From Vezdaea acicularis (taxonomy: Eukaryota): 64,000 bases of DNA. This document shows, piece by piece, positions 34,801 through 48,464 of this stretch; the stretch's first letter is position 1, and each line of letters opens with the position of its first letter. The stretch spans positions 62,001 to 126,000 of the forward strand of contig JAPEUI010000040.1 of the NCBI GenBank assembly GCA_026025075.1, in the 5' to 3' direction. The notes below the pieces were generated by a model, which was not told where the DNA came from, ran no database searches, and was given only the letters and a program-made list of their open reading frames with translations. Both the position numbers and the translations under genes were made by a program.

Positions 34801-36455
34801 CTTTGCCAGAGAGCTAAATGCTCATGGAAACTAAGCTTATTTGAGAAGAATTAGTAAGTTGTGATTGGTACTGGAGTGTCCATGTCTGAGAAGTAAACAT
34901 GAAAGAATGACATATGTTGAGAGTTGTTGCGATGCTAAAGTTAAGAAGACGCTCGGCATTCACATCATCCATTCATTGGAAGGGCGACTTCTCTTCTCCG
35001 TACAGGGAAAGGGTTCAGGCAGAGTCTAATGAAAGGGAAGCGACGAGAGCTTGTTCTTACCTTTTGTCAAAACCGCAGCATGTAGCCCTTACTCCGCTTG
35101 AGTCAAAGTGCTGAGGGCCGTGTGGTGGTTAAAAGCGCAATTGCAGTGTTAGGCCCAGCATCAAAGACTCAGGAACACTGCAAGAGTAGTGATTCCAGGA
35201 ACAGTCTGTGGAGGCGTTCCTGACTTGTGAAAGAAAAAAGCCGAGCTGGGAGGTTGGGAGCTGCGTTGGCATAAATTTCGGAGTGTTTCGTAGGGGCACA
35301 AGGAACGGCCGTGGACCAATGAGGAAAGCGCCAACGATATCGACACAATCACACAAGCATTGGATAATGTTCTCAGGACGACCGATAGCGAGGCGCTCCA
35401 GCTCTCGTCCGGGCAGAGAAAGTCGCAGAAGTTAGGTGTCCGTGGGCTGCCAGGCGTGGGGATTGTTCGGGGACCGTTCGGCTTCGGAGGGCGTGTTTCA
35501 GGGTCAACTGAGCCGTTTCACCTCAGGGGCGCGACGCCCGTTGAGTACTTCAAGAATCCAAGGCGCGTGCCTAGCCCTGGCAGGTACCTGTAACAAAGAT
35601 TTTCCGTAATCTCGAGCGGCGCACGCCGTGATGTTATTTGTTATTTCGTGGGTGAGGTCTAAGTTTGGCGGCCGGAGTGATACCACGAAGAGGGGCAGTG
35701 CAGCGAGTACGGCATGTTGGAGAAGCAATTACGGGGTGAGGATTACGCCGGTATGATAGTCTGTTCGCAATGGGAAGCTGGGCACGGTGTTCGGACCAAG
35801 GTATCCGTCTCTTCATGATCACCAAGGTCATCCAAAAAGTTTCAAGATCAGAGGCCCAAGGAAACAGGGAAACCTCGTGCGCCGAGCCCAGACCACAGAA
35901 CGTCATATCGCGCCTCGCACGTGAGCTGATAGAGGAAGCTGCCACAAACGCCAGTGAATTTTCTACGCCGAAATCTCAAACAAGAAACTATTCTATGTAA
36001 TTTCTCATAAATACTAATTCTACTAGACCCAACATTGATCAACCGCTATTAATGCAAACGTTCGCGAGGAGTAAATCTGGAAATGGCCGCAACTCTGGCC
36101 GGCGAAGCGAACGACGATCCTTGGTGCCCGCTGCCCTACAGCTGCTTGGTCAGGGTCTGACTCCAACGGCCCCAGATACTGAGCAATTGTCTCCAGCAAA
36201 TGCAAACTTTCATAGATACCTCGCCATACTAAAAACTTCGCCTCTTGATCTTCGGCTGTACGAACAACCGTGATTGATCAGCCTCAGCGGCGCAGGGCGA
36301 CCTCCTGAACGAAAATCTCTAGCACGGAAGACACCTCAGCTCCCGACCTCAAGCGGCCTTGCCTGCATCTCCACGATATGCACCGCTTTCAGTCGTAGCG
36401 TACTTGTCTCATTCCACAACACCTTAGCGTCTTCAAGACCTCTCTCTCCGCCTCA

Positions 36456-39348
36456 ATGGGCGAGGAGGAGAAGTCTGGCTACGATAGCCTCCCCATACCT
36501 TCCTACGAGGAGGCCACCTCGTCCCGACCCACATCCTCACAATCTTTTCTCGGACCGGAAGAGACTAGCCATGATGCGGAGCGGCAAGGCCTTCTTGGGC
36601 GTCGAGATGCAAGAACTCGAGAAGGAGGCGGATCAAGAGGATATCAACCTCCAACAGTGGAGTCACCAAGATCAAGCGAGGAGAGTGATATCTTCTTGCC
36701 TTCGTCCGGGGAGGCTTCTGCGCGAAGCTCGGCGGAACGACTTCATCGAGAGATGGAGGAGATGGATATGACCGATCCTATGGCTGGCTCATCAGGATCC
36801 CCTTCCCGATTTAGGGCACAATTTAGCAAGTCTTTGACTAGCCTTACTCATAGGCTCAGCACTTTCCAACTACCCTTCAACATCCGATTACCATCTACTG
36901 GATCTATCCAGTTGCGGCTGCCTGAGTCTGGCTCTAGTGCATGGATCCTGCTAGGCCGTGTCTTTGCTATTGCTGTTGTAATGTCTTTGATATATATACT
37001 ATTCATTTCGGATACATTCTCACTACGGCGAGGTGCATTGACAAGTAAAATATACGACCCAGAGTCTGTCCGCATATATGTGCAAAGCCACGTTAGCGGG
37101 AAGATGATTAGAGAGAATCTTCAACGCGCCACTGGGTTCGATCACATTGCGGGCGAAGAAGGTGACTATTTCTTAGCTTCGTGGATGCGAGACATCTTCG
37201 AAGTTTCGCATCTAGAGGATGTGCAGATGAAAGAGTAAGTTACCAAACATTCACTTCTTTTCACACAACTATCTCAATCCATTCTTTCCTCCTCCTGAGC
37301 GTTCCAAGTGGTTTCTAGCAATGCCTGTCATAGCGCTCATCGATCTTGCTCATGTAATGCGGCACGATAAGTTCGTAACTTGCTTATATTTGCCAATCCG
37401 GTGCTGATATCTTCGCCGCATCGATGCGTCATAAATTCTGACAGCGCCAATTACTAATGTGAACCTTAGGTATCAGGTGTACCTCAATTATCCACGCGAG
37501 AACGGGCGTCGAGTTGCGATCATAGACCCACCTGAGCTTGCTTGGGAGGCAAAGTTGGAGGAAGAACAGGTGTACGATACACCACAGTTCAGTCAAAAGC
37601 AGGCCCCGGTATTCCACGGCCATTCGAGAGCTGGCAATGTCTCCGGACCGCTCATATATGCCAACTACGGGTCCCGCGAGGACTTCAAAAGGCTGAAAGA
37701 TATGGGAGTTGATCTCACTGGGGCAATTGTGCTTGTGAGATACTATGGTACTCAAGGCGACAGGGCCTTGAAAGTGAAGGCTGCCGAGCTTGCGGGGGCG
37801 GCTGGGTGTCTCATCTACAGCGACCCGAAAGAGGATGGATTTCTAAGAGGCGAACCATGGCCAAATGGACCGTGGAGGCCAGCAGACAGTGTGCAACGTG
37901 GGGCTGTAAGCCTCATGAGCTGGATAGTAGGCGATGTACTTACGCCTGGATGGGCTAGCACACCCGACGCAAAGCGAATATCTAAAGACAACAATCCAGG
38001 TCTAGTCAATATCCCCAGCTTACCGCTTGCTTGGAGGGACGCTCAGCCGCTCCTCAAAGCCTTACAAGGGCATGGTAAGCCGCTCACTGATTCGACTTGG
38101 ATTGGTGGTGTGCCCGATATCGGTACATGGTATACAGGCGATCAGTCCTCTCCAACTGTTATCCTAGCCAATGAGCAAGACGAAGTTGAGAAACAACCGA
38201 TTTGGGATGTCTTCGGAAGCATTCCAGGAATCGAGCAGACCGAGAAGACCATTGTAGTCGGTAACCACCGCGATGCATGGTGCTTTGGGGCCGCGGATCC
38301 TGGAAGTGGAACCGCTGTTATGCTTGAGGTTATACGTATCTTCGGAGACCTCGTCGCGCTGGACTGGAGGCCTTTGCGGAGCATAGTTTTTGCAAGCTGG
38401 GATGGCGAGGAGTACAACCTTATTGGGAGCACCGAGTGGGTTGAAGAAAACATTGATAATCTCCGCGAGAACGCTTTGGCCTACGTAAATGTAGATACTG
38501 CTGTATCAGGACAGGGACCCTTCTGGGCCTCCGCTTCTCCTCTCTTCCAGCGCGCCCTATATCGTGTCCTTGACCGGACGGTCGACCCTATCAATAACCA
38601 GACGCTCCGAGCGCTCTGGGACATGTCGCAATCTCGGCTTACCGGTCTCGGCGCCGGCAGCGATTATGTTGCTTTCCAGGACCTTGCCGGCACATCCAGC
38701 ATCGATTTTGGCTTTCGAAGCCCCCAGGGATACGCCTATCCTTATCACAGTTGCTACGATAACTTCAACTGGATGGAGCAGTATGGCGACCCAGGTTTCC
38801 AATATCACACACTCATGGCCCAAGTCTGGGCTCTTCTCATCCTAGAACTTGCCGACGAGCCAATCCTTCCCTTTGACTTTCCCTCCTACGCTTCGTCAGT
38901 GCATGAATATATCGACTCGCTATCCCGTGATCTTGATAACGCCGGCGGAGCCTCCCACAATATTGATGTAGGCCCTCTACGCATTGCAGCAGATCAGTTC
39001 ACGAAGGACGCCCAAGATTTCAGCGCCTATGAGCAAGCCTGGTCCGACGCAGTGTACTCGCACAACGGTATCGAAACCGTGGAGCAGGCCGAGCACCGCA
39101 AGAGCCATAACACCCGAATGGGCAATTTCGAGAAGAATCTACTTGACCTGGACGAGGGCGGTGGGCTCAAAGGCCGCGAGCAGTTTAAACACATCTTGTT
39201 TGCGCCGCAGAAGTGGTCGGGGTATGACGAGGCGTACTTCCCTGGTGTTCGAGATGCGCTCGAAGAGGAGGATTGGGAAGAGGTGCAGAAGCAGATTCAG
39301 AAGGCGGCAACCATTCTGGATAGGGCCAGTCGGAAGCTGGTCAACTGA
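36456..39348 (+). CDS. Glutamate carboxypeptidase II / transferrin-receptor-like M28B peptidase (Tre1/Tre2/Vps70-like); intron 37235-37469
   Basis: Type II TM, PA domain (YANYGSREDF), GNHRDAW, GAADPGSGTA, SWDGEEY, YVNVD, GAGSDY, YHSCYD, dimerisation domain FKHILFAPQKWSGY. Confidence 0.93.
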
Positions 39349-39559
39349 GGTGTTAGTGTGTAATAGGAGGTATACTGTATTGCGCATGTGCGGCGTTCAC
39401 TTATTATATATGTATCACTACAGGCAGAGCGAGTCGTGTGGGTTCATGCAAGGCGTAGGGGTATGAGAGAAGTATCTCAGTCATCCCACAATCTCACAAC
39501 TTCGAGTGAGGACCAATGATTTGCACTATCGTGCTGTTGCATTTAATATACATTTTGTG

Positions 39560-41193
39560 TCATGCAACAATCCCTTCACTCCTCAAGCTCTCTATGCCAT
39601 CAGAGTCTATGCCAAGCATCTCCTTCAATATCTCATCGGTATGCTGTCCCAGTGTTGGCGGAGGCATCCGAATACTCGGCACCGAGTGCGAATACTTCAC
39701 AGGGGTATTTACAAGCTTTATCGGCCCACAGGCCGGATGTTCGACCGTCTTCACCATATCCCGAGCTAGGACGTGTTGGTGATTGAGGGTGTCCTGGACG
39801 TCGTTCACAGCCGCATATGGCATACCGCTCTCGTCTAAGATATCCAGCCACTCTTTCGTCGTTTTCTTCGACGTTTCGGCCTCGATTAGGGGCTCTAGGA
39901 GGTCCCGATTCTTCACGCGTGCTGAATTGGTGGCGAATCGCTTGTCGTTGATCCATTCGGGCTTTCCCAGCTTCTCACAGAGGATACCGAATAGTCTATC
40001 ATTCCCGCCGCCGAGCAGGATGTCGCCATCTTTGGTCTTGAACCCTTTATACGGAACGATGGACGCTGGATGATTCATGTTAGCTCGGCACTCCACCTAC
40101 ATCCGAAGAGGACTTACGATGTGCTGTTCCCCATCTGCCCGAGTCTCTTTCACCACTGATCAAACAAGAGCTGGCCAGATTGGCTAGCGTGGCAACTTGA
40201 CAGTCACTCAATGCTACATCAATATGCTGGCCCTCACCCGTTCTTCCCCTGGCTATTAGCGCAGCCATAATCGAATTGGATGTATATAGGCCAGCGGTGA
40301 GATCGGTAACTGCCACGCCAACTTTGACTGGAGGGCCATCTCTTGAGCCTGTGATATGCATGAGGCCCATCTCTCTTTGCGAAATTTTAGTATCCTTTGG
40401 TCATAATAGCTAGTAAACTGGTTCGACGTACGCTTCTACCATCACATCGTACCCTGCTCTTCGTCGATAGGGGCCTGTTTGGCCATACCCTGTAATACTT
40501 GCGTATACAAGACGTGGATTGATTTTTGACAAGGAATCATAATCCATGGAGTACTTCTTCAATGCATCAGGCAGGTAGTTCTCTACCACGACATCGCAAT
40601 CTTTCGCAAGTTTGTGCAAGATATCGACGCCTGAAGGATGGGCAAAGGAGAGACCAATAGATTTTTTATTTCGGTTTACCTGCACAGGGCCTCGTTAGAC
40701 TTAAGGCGTACTTCGCAGGCAAAGCGGTCAATATATCATACGGAAAGGAAATATGCACTTTCTCCCGGTCCATTGGTATGGGTTCCCGTGATATGTTTTG
40801 CATACGGTGGGCCCCATGCTCTCGTGTCATCCCCTCTTGTGGGGTGCTCTACTTTTATTACTTCAGCGCTACAATGAGCCAGACATATAAGCTTTCAGAG
40901 TAGAGACACAGAGCTCGTTAGCTCATGATGGAGCACGTCTCATACCCTAGATCGCCCAATATTTGCGTGCAGTATGGCTTTGTAGTAGCTCATCAGCCCA
41001 GACTTTAAGAACTGTAAGATCATTCTCTTACACCAGCCAGTACTCTTGTCATATCCAAAACGCGAATGCCTGCCAATGGCAGTCTATCTGCACCACCGGC
41101 AAGACTTGCCAGTCGCCGGTGACTGACTTGTCCAAAGCCATTTGAGAACCTAGAGATTCGAGCAAGCACTTTGGTAGGACTTATGATTGCCAT
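39560..41193 (-). CDS. CoA-transferase family III (CaiB/BaiF, SUGCT-like), mitochondrial; introns 40978-41031, 40869-40945, 40680-40741, 40375-40431, 40066-40117
   Basis: [81 protein letters not shown]. Confidence 0.95.
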
Positions 41194-41462
41194 AGGAAAG
41201 ATACAGATATCTTTCGGCCATAAAGGTGATTATAGCATTTCGACCCTTAATTGTCCACTAAACGTCCTCGATTGTACCGAGGTGACCGAATCAGGAAATA
41301 TTTCAAGATTACTAAGCAGCACTAGCGTCATGAGCTCAGGTAACATCGCAAGCTTTCTTCTATTACTGTAACCACTATGGCCACCCCGTAACCTCTAACG
41401 CCAAAACCCAATATCGCATCTCTCAAAAAATTTCGATATTCTTCCACAGCAAATAGTACACA

Positions 41463-42827
41463 ATGTCAAATCCGCACGACCCTGACCAACTTGATGCAAT
41501 GGACCAGTCCACCACACAATCGCACGCTCAAGCCATCCCAACAACGCAAACGTCCTTACAACCCAGCATTCATCCCTCCCTCCAGTCCTCCGCACCCCAA
41601 TCGCACCCCACAAACCTCCCAACATCCTCCTCTCTCCCATTTCCTACATACTCCGCCGCCACAACCGCCATCTTGGAACGCTTTCAGTCTGCCCCCGTCA
41701 ACAGCGCGAACTACGAAGCCGCCCGCGAGCAAGTGCTCAAGACGCTCGCCACAACGACACAAACCCCTCCCAGCGCCTTGACACCTCAACCAGCAACGAG
41801 TAATGTCACATTCGACCCCAATACCCCCACAAATACACCGCGCGGCGGAGGCGCCTCAGGTGGGCGACCTAGAGGACGAGGCCGTGGCCGCCCGCCCCGT
41901 CTCTCTGCAGGAACACCAGCCTCTGCTACTGCCGGCTCGCCCGCCACTCCTATATCCGCGCGTGGCAGGCCCCGAGGTCGCGGACGCGGCGGCGCCCGCG
42001 GCGGCCGCAGAAAGCGCACCCGCTCTTCCGACATCTCCCGCAGTCCCTCCCCCTTATCAGACTCTGCATCCGACGCCTCCAGCAGCGGCCACTCCACTTC
42101 AGCCCCTTTCCTACCCTCCAAATCGCGCTCCGGCCGACGTATCCAAAAACCCACGCAATACGACCCAGCGACCAAAACCGTCTCTCGCCGCAGGGGTCCC
42201 TACCGACGCCATTACGAGGCGGGCGTCTGCCGCCGGTGCGGGCGCGGAGCTTGGACTGCTCGGAATAGAATTGTGTTCTGCGACGGGTGCGAAGGTGGCT
42301 GGCACCAGTTTTGCCATTGGCCAGGTATCGGGGACGAGGTCGTGCGCGACGAGGGGCGAGCGTGGTTCTGTTCTTCGTGCGAGGGCCGAAAGGGCGACGG
42401 CGCGACAGTGGGCGTCGCAGACTTGGGCAAGTTGGGGAGCGCATCGGAACTAGGCTGGAGCGAAGACAAGCGGAAAGAGGTTCTGGACAAACTCCCGCCT
42501 GCGGCCCTAGTCGGCTTATTGCTACATGCCAGTACCCTCATGCCCGACCTCACCATCTTCCCCGTCGACGAAGGAAAGCCGCTCCTAGGTACCGACGGAC
42601 AGCCCGGACAGCTTGCGCAGCAGACCCAGCCTGGTGGGGATGTGCTCATGGGAAACGCGCCGTTGGAGAGGCAGGTTGAGGGCATTGCGGCACTGTACCC
42701 CCCGCCGGGCGCAGGTCTTGTACTGCCGCTTGAGAGCGACGATGCGAGTTGGCTCGAGGATGGCGATACGAAAGTTTTCAGCCATATCTACAGGGACACT
42801 CCTCTGGCGGCTGGGGTGGGTGCTTGA
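41463..42827 (+). CDS. PHD-finger protein with AT-hook-like motifs
   Basis: GRPRGRGRGRPPR, RGRPRGR, SRSGRRIQKP; C4HC3 finger CRRC..IVFCDGCEGGWHQFC..WFCSSC. Confidence 0.88.
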   Translation: MSNPHDPDQLDAMDQSTTQSHAQAIPTTQTSLQPSIHPSLQSSAPQSHPTNLPTSSSLPFPTYSAATTAILERFQSAPVNSANYEAAREQVLKTLATTTQTPPSALTPQPATSNVTFDPNTPTNTPRGGGASGGRPRGRGRGRPPRLSAGTPASATAGSPATPISARGRPRGRGRGGARGGRRKRTRSSDISRSPSPLSDSASDASSSGHSTSAPFLPSKSRSGRRIQKPTQYDPATKTVSRRRGPYRRHYEAGVCRRCGRGAWTARNRIVFCDGCEGGWHQFCHWPGIGDEVVRDEGRAWFCSSCEGRKGDGATVGVADLGKLGSASELGWSEDKRKEVLDKLPPAALVGLLLHASTLMPDLTIFPVDEGKPLLGTDGQPGQLAQQTQPGGDVLMGNAPLERQVEGIAALYPPPGAGLVLPLESDDASWLEDGDTKVFSHIYRDTPLAAGVGA

Positions 42828-43459
42828 GGGGTTCAGGGGCTCGATGCGCGGGGGGGGCGGGGGGCTTTCTGATGGTCTGTGAGGAAAATGGGATGCGGAG
42901 GGTTGGGTTGGTGGCAATTTTCAGTTATAGATCTTTCTCGTACCAGTGTCATATCTACGTTACTTGATGTATTCTTTAGTTATTTCATCAATTTGAGATT
43001 TAGCAGTCACAACACGAAATATATCATCGTAGAAAGTGTAAGAGATATTCTAAAATGGAATTTTCCATTTTGATAGAGTTACCCCCAAAGCAAAGCTCTA
43101 CCTAAGAGTTTCTGATACGCCGCCGACCGTGCATCAACAAGGGCTGGTTTCCCAATTTTGGTTTGCGCGCGAAACCATCCAACGCCTGGCGCTAATTCAT
43201 TACATTAAGCAATCAGAGAGAAAGAGACGTAGCCCTAATGCTGAATGATCCATGCGTCTTCAGAACTGTTCTTGGCCTATTATAAGTGAAATAAGTTGCT
43301 CGTGAACTGATGAGAAGGGCTAGCAGTCAAGACAGGAAAATATGAATCTTTTGGGGGAATTCATAGGGCTTGGGGGGAGAGTCTAAGATCATTGCCCTCA
43401 CGGTAGCCCGCTAGTGTGAGGTGACCAGTCCTTACGCTATTGTCCATAGGTAGCGGCTT

Positions 43460-44607
43460 TTAGGAAGGTGGCAGGTTCTTCATGTCGCCGATAGGCTTGC
43501 CCTTCGGGTCTTTCGGGTTCTGGAGCCATTCATCTTTGATGAGATCGTTCCTTGCGTTGTACAAAAGCCTGTATGCAGTACGGATGGTACCGTCACTGAC
43601 GCCGGCGACCATTGAGATCTCCTTGGCTGTCTTGCCATAGCCTAAGAGGTATGAAACCATATAGATGCACGCTGCTGCAGCGGAAAGAGGGGATCGACCA
43701 GCGAGAGTTTGCTTTTCTTCCATCTCCCTTGCAAGCCGGCCTGATAAGGTTGTGCATGACATAGGAAGATCGAGACGGCTGCAGTAGCGTACACATAGGT
43801 CCTCCGCTTTGGTAGCTTGAGTTCCGCTATAGGACGCAACACCGTTTGTAAGGCCTAAAGTGTCAGTAAGACTTTCCAAAGAAGAACAGAAGCAGATGTA
43901 GGAAGAGGTTACAAACCTCCAGGAGTCATCTTGTCTGCGCCGTGCAAAGCAAGGAACTTCTCGAGCGCTTTGAAGATTCTACCAATATCTTTCTTCTGGA
44001 CATTGGTCATGGCATAGATCTCCTTAAACGATCTCGGAACTTTGCATTGGCGGCAAGCAATGAAGATGCAGCCCGCTGAGAGCACCGGCAGGCTCTTGCC
44101 CTTGAACGCCCTAGCGTCATCGACAATCTTGTATAGATGCTTTGCAAAGTCTGAAACGTTCTTGGGTATAGCCATGTTATCAGCGATATTGCCGATTTCC
44201 TTATACGCTAAGAGTAATTCCTTCGTAGCTTTGTCATGCGTAGACTTATTCTGTGCTCGGTGCAAGTCCCGACTTCGTCCACCGTCGCCAAAAGCGATAG
44301 TGGTTTGAAGCTGAGACCCGTTGAGGAGAGGATTGGCGTTGTCCCCAACACGAGAAGGGTCATCGTTGGTCGAGTCGTCGTTGGAGAACGTACGCCACTC
44401 AGAGCGTGTATCCACGATTCGATCGCCCAAAACGAGACCACAAGACGCGCACACCATGTCGCCAGATGAGAACTCCTCGATAAGGTTTGGAGGGTCTTCT
44501 TTGCAGTCAGGACACAGAATCTTCATATTCAGATTGTCCCGATATTCTTCCATGATGGGAGCTCTCACGCCAGGAGCGCCCATGTTTGCTATAGCCGCTG
44601 TTGCCAT
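43460..44607 (-). CDS. SUA7: Transcription initiation factor TFIIB; intron 43855-43916
   Basis: Zn ribbon CPDC..CASCGLVLGDRIVDTRSEWRTF, DPSRVG, cyclin repeats, AGRSPLSAAAACIY, VAGVSDGTIRTAY. Confidence 0.98.
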
Positions 44608-45094
44608 CTTGAATATATGTCGTTGCTTGAGTAGATTCTGTCTATTGTCTCACTAACCAGTGAAGGCGTCCGTGCTAATCGTCGAAAGTCGTCGAATATC
44701 AAAGAGCAAGGTGAGACTATTCAAAGAGTTGATTGCAGTGACAAAGTCGTATGGAATGAAGGCGGCAGGTATCTCTTCTTTATCCACGACAAGAAACACT
44801 TTGAGAATACAAGAGAACGAGTGTTAGTATCTCGACATATAGTTTTAAGCACCACGACTCGTGAACACGCAGGGTGAGGCGTGGTGAAGGAGACGTGGTG
44901 AAGACAAAGGTGAGGGGCGGGCCTGCTGCCTTAGAAATGTTTCGACTGCAGCCGATGACACAGAGCCGCCCGCTTATGTTGGAACACTCACGTGATATTT
45001 CCAAATCTGATCTGGGAGCTTCTCCTCGCTACGACCTCTCGAAATCAACTTCACCTCCGAGCTCTCGTTCAGCACAGGCGGTCAATCATCCAAG

Positions 45095-45581
45095 ATGTCG
45101 AGTCAATTATTACGGGCCTCGGTAAGCTGGTATTAAGTACTTCATCTCAAGGCTGTATACTGACGAAAGGAGTGCAATGGCCTGGCGCGGGCAACACGAG
45201 CACATCCGGCCGTAATAAAGCGCACCTTCATCACACCGACGACATCACGGCAAGGTTAGAAATTCTAGCTCGACTGTATCTTGAGAAACCTGCGGCTAAT
45301 GACTTCAATTCAAAGCGGATCTTGTCCAGAACATGTACCTGAGCGCGCTCAAAGACTTCAAACCGACGCCCATCAAGCCGGGCGATGCCGAAGGCCACGT
45401 TTTGAAGTTCTCCGCGCCCAAACCACCAAAGTCACCCGAAGAAGCCAACCTCGCGGGTGATCTGAAGGCGTACGAATCGATGGAGGTTGAGGTCGAGGGC
45501 CAGGCGAGTGCGGGAGAGGCGAGTGGGAAGGTGGAGGATTGGTTTGAGGAGGAGGTTGAGGAAGAGCATAAGACTCATTAG
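45095..45581 (+). CDS. ATP14: Mitochondrial ATP synthase subunit h; introns 45122-45169 (or -45172), 45255-45315
   Basis: MSSQLLRAS|..KRTFITPTTSRQ|ADLVQNMYLSALKDFKPTPIKPGDAEGHV..EDWFEEE. Confidence 0.9.
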
Positions 45582-45989
45582 AGCATGTATTACTTGAATT
45601 GTATAGACATTGTATAACATATGCATCATGTCCGGTATTGACGTGCAGGTCTCTACTGCTTCCGCAATCCTGCCTTTCCCAATTCAGATCCAATTCTGCG
45701 AGATGGGTGAGGCTCATGGCTAAGCATCCTATAAGCCATTTGTATGTCCACTGTCGATTCCATCGAAGGCCTTCATTGTTATGGTATGAGGACATTTCAA
45801 TTTATCCCCGCAAATAATGGATGTTTCGTCAGGGAAGCTAGCCTTGGGCTGGAAGTGTGGAAAGTTATGAAAGGGGCTTTCTGACGGAATTGTGCTGACC
45901 GCTCACCCACCACAGCAAATTCAGGACTTTGCGTTGCAATGATTTCATTCATCTTGTACTAAAGAGCTTTTAGAGTGTCCATCTGCATA

Positions 45990-47069
45990 TTAGACTTTCT
46001 CCCCCTTGTTTAACTTTGTCAAGACGTCCACTAAATCCACTTTCGGCAACCCTAGCAGCTCATTATCTGACCCCTTGGCAGTATAATCCGTCCCATACTC
46101 GTCCCCGCCGAAAGTAACTACCAACAGCAACGGGAATAGCCCATTCTCCATATCACCCTTAGCGAGCGCCTGCTGAGCCACTGGGATTACTTCCTTTGAG
46201 TTCACTTTGGTGATCTCATACTTCTTTCCCGTCACTTTCTCGACCGCGGCAAGCAGATCGTTCTGTGAGATCACGAAGGAGCTGATGCGAAGGACTTTAT
46301 TAGCGGTTGCTTCGGGGTTTAGTAATGCGGCCACAACAGCAAGCCCGACAGTGCTGCGGAGGGTGGTTGGGAAGACATTGGTGCCTGAGTCCCAAATCTG
46401 CGCGGTGGGCGATTTGAGGTTCATGCCCAAAAAGCTGACATCCACTGCCCTACAGAGGAACTTAGTGATTAGTTGTATGTTGATCAGGTAAAGAAAAGGG
46501 AGGATTTAAGTACCAATCAAAGAAGGGCCCATTAAGGATGGCGGTCCATGTTAGGCCGCTAGCTTTGACATGATTAAGGACATCGTTCTTCTCCGTATAA
46601 AGGGGCAGGAGCTCGACCATCTTGGCGTTTCCCCCATCATTACCCCATTCAGACGGGACTATCACGCTGTTGTTAGCTCAAAGTTTCAATATGAACTATA
46701 TCCTCCGCCTACAAAAGCGTTTGACACCTGCTTTCACCGCAGCGTCAATTATCACTTTCTGCTGAGATATTGATGTGCCTCCAATTGTGGTGATGACGGC
46801 GTGTTGGCCTTTGAGAGCGTCGGCGACGGCATCAACGGAGGTGAGGTCCACTTTCATGACCTTTGCGCCAGGATAGGCACTGTTGCTCTCCGGTCGGGCG
46901 AGGACAGTGACGTTGAATTCTTTGCTGTCGATCAAAGCCTTGAGGATGGAAGGGCCAATGACTCCTCCGGCCTGCGGAATTAGCTACAGCTCCTTGGAAA
47001 GTAGACAGAGGGCAATTGGGGAAAGAGACTCACACCAATGTGGGTGACATTCTTGATCGCTTCCTGCAT
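45990..47069 (-). CDS. NmrA-like / isoflavone-reductase-like NAD(P)-binding protein; introns 46972-47033, 46659-46712, 46450-46513
   Basis: KNVTHIG|AGGVIG Rossmann motif, LKGQHAVI, AGVKRFFPSEWG, GPFFDW. Confidence 0.9.
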
Positions 47070-48464
47070 GGTGAAAAGTCGCACTGCTAAAAAGGCTGGG
47101 TCTGGTTTATATGTTTCTCTTCGTTCTTTCAATCTGGATGAGAATGTAGGTCAAATGCGCAGGTAGCTTCGTTGAACTCCCGGGGACGATGGCTCTTATA
47201 TGCTAGAACTTGAGCTGCATAATCACCTTCAACCTCCCCACGGAGTTACCATCCTTCCTACATCGTAAAGGTAGATCTAACCAATGAGAAATCCAGGAGC
47301 TTGGTGGCTCATGCATTTCATGGTGGGATGAGCTGCCCCTCTCCTCGCTTGTTTAGGCTTTAGCTAGGCCAGTGTTTCGGCGACTTTCGTTTTGCGTGCG
47401 AAGGGCGTTAGGCGGACGCGGGGGGATTTCCGTTGAATAGTCAGCAGCGTAAACGTAAGCCACCGAGTATATTCCGCTATTCAGTCCAAGTCTAGGCACT
47501 CGAGAACTTATGTAAGCTGGGCCTGTTGCTCTTGTTTAGTCGCCCAATTGGCTCAAATTGACGTGGCAAGTCGAGATATACCAGAAACGACCCGAAAGAT
47601 ATATTGATATGACGACATGACAGCGCTAGAGGGATCAAGCCTCATGGGGGCCAACACATGAGAGGTTATAGGCTTGGAGGATGATTGGCAGCTGTTAATT
47701 TCGGTGTTATATGGGAACTCGCCGTGGCTTCCTATCAGATCTTCACTTCGAGTCTATCGAGGTTAGTAAGGTTAGGGGCTCCGGAACAACCGTTGTCTAG
47801 CATCAATGCATTTGTAAGGCTAGTCCTCTTAATCAGCATCCGGAAAAGGAAACGCTTATTTTACTACAAGTCCCGTGAAACCAAACCAATCTCCTTCTTA
47901 TTCGATGACGGTCTCCGTCGATGACAGAAACGGGGAGGTTGGCGGATAACAATCTATCCGAACGCCGCTTGAGGTTTCAGCTGTTCACATCATCATCTAA
48001 ACATACCCCAGATGTCTTGAAACTGAGATTAGCTGGGAGGGCAATTAGTAAGCCGTTACTCCAGTCCTCTTATTGCTTTTGCTGATCGATGACGGAAGCC
48101 ATGATATACTCCATTCTTTAGCGTCGGTATATGCATCCAGCGACACTAAAACCCTTCAAGTAGGAGAACGATTTGGCCTAAACTAATAGACTGAGTATTG
48201 ACCTTGAAAGCAGTACGGTTTTTACCACCATCTGCGAAGCGACTTATGCCCAGCAGTATGATCCAAGGTGTATGACTATAGCATTGTCCAAAGCGGATTT
48301 CCGCTGGTTCTAGCGCTTAAGCACATATCCATAGGCTTAAGAGGTGGCCATCCCAAACTGAGGCCGGAATGACTTTACTCCTAGGTCCGTTTTTGGGGGG
48401 TCAACAGCAATGCGTAACTGCAAAGACTTCTTGTGACGGTAGGTACGCATCTCTTATCCTGGCA

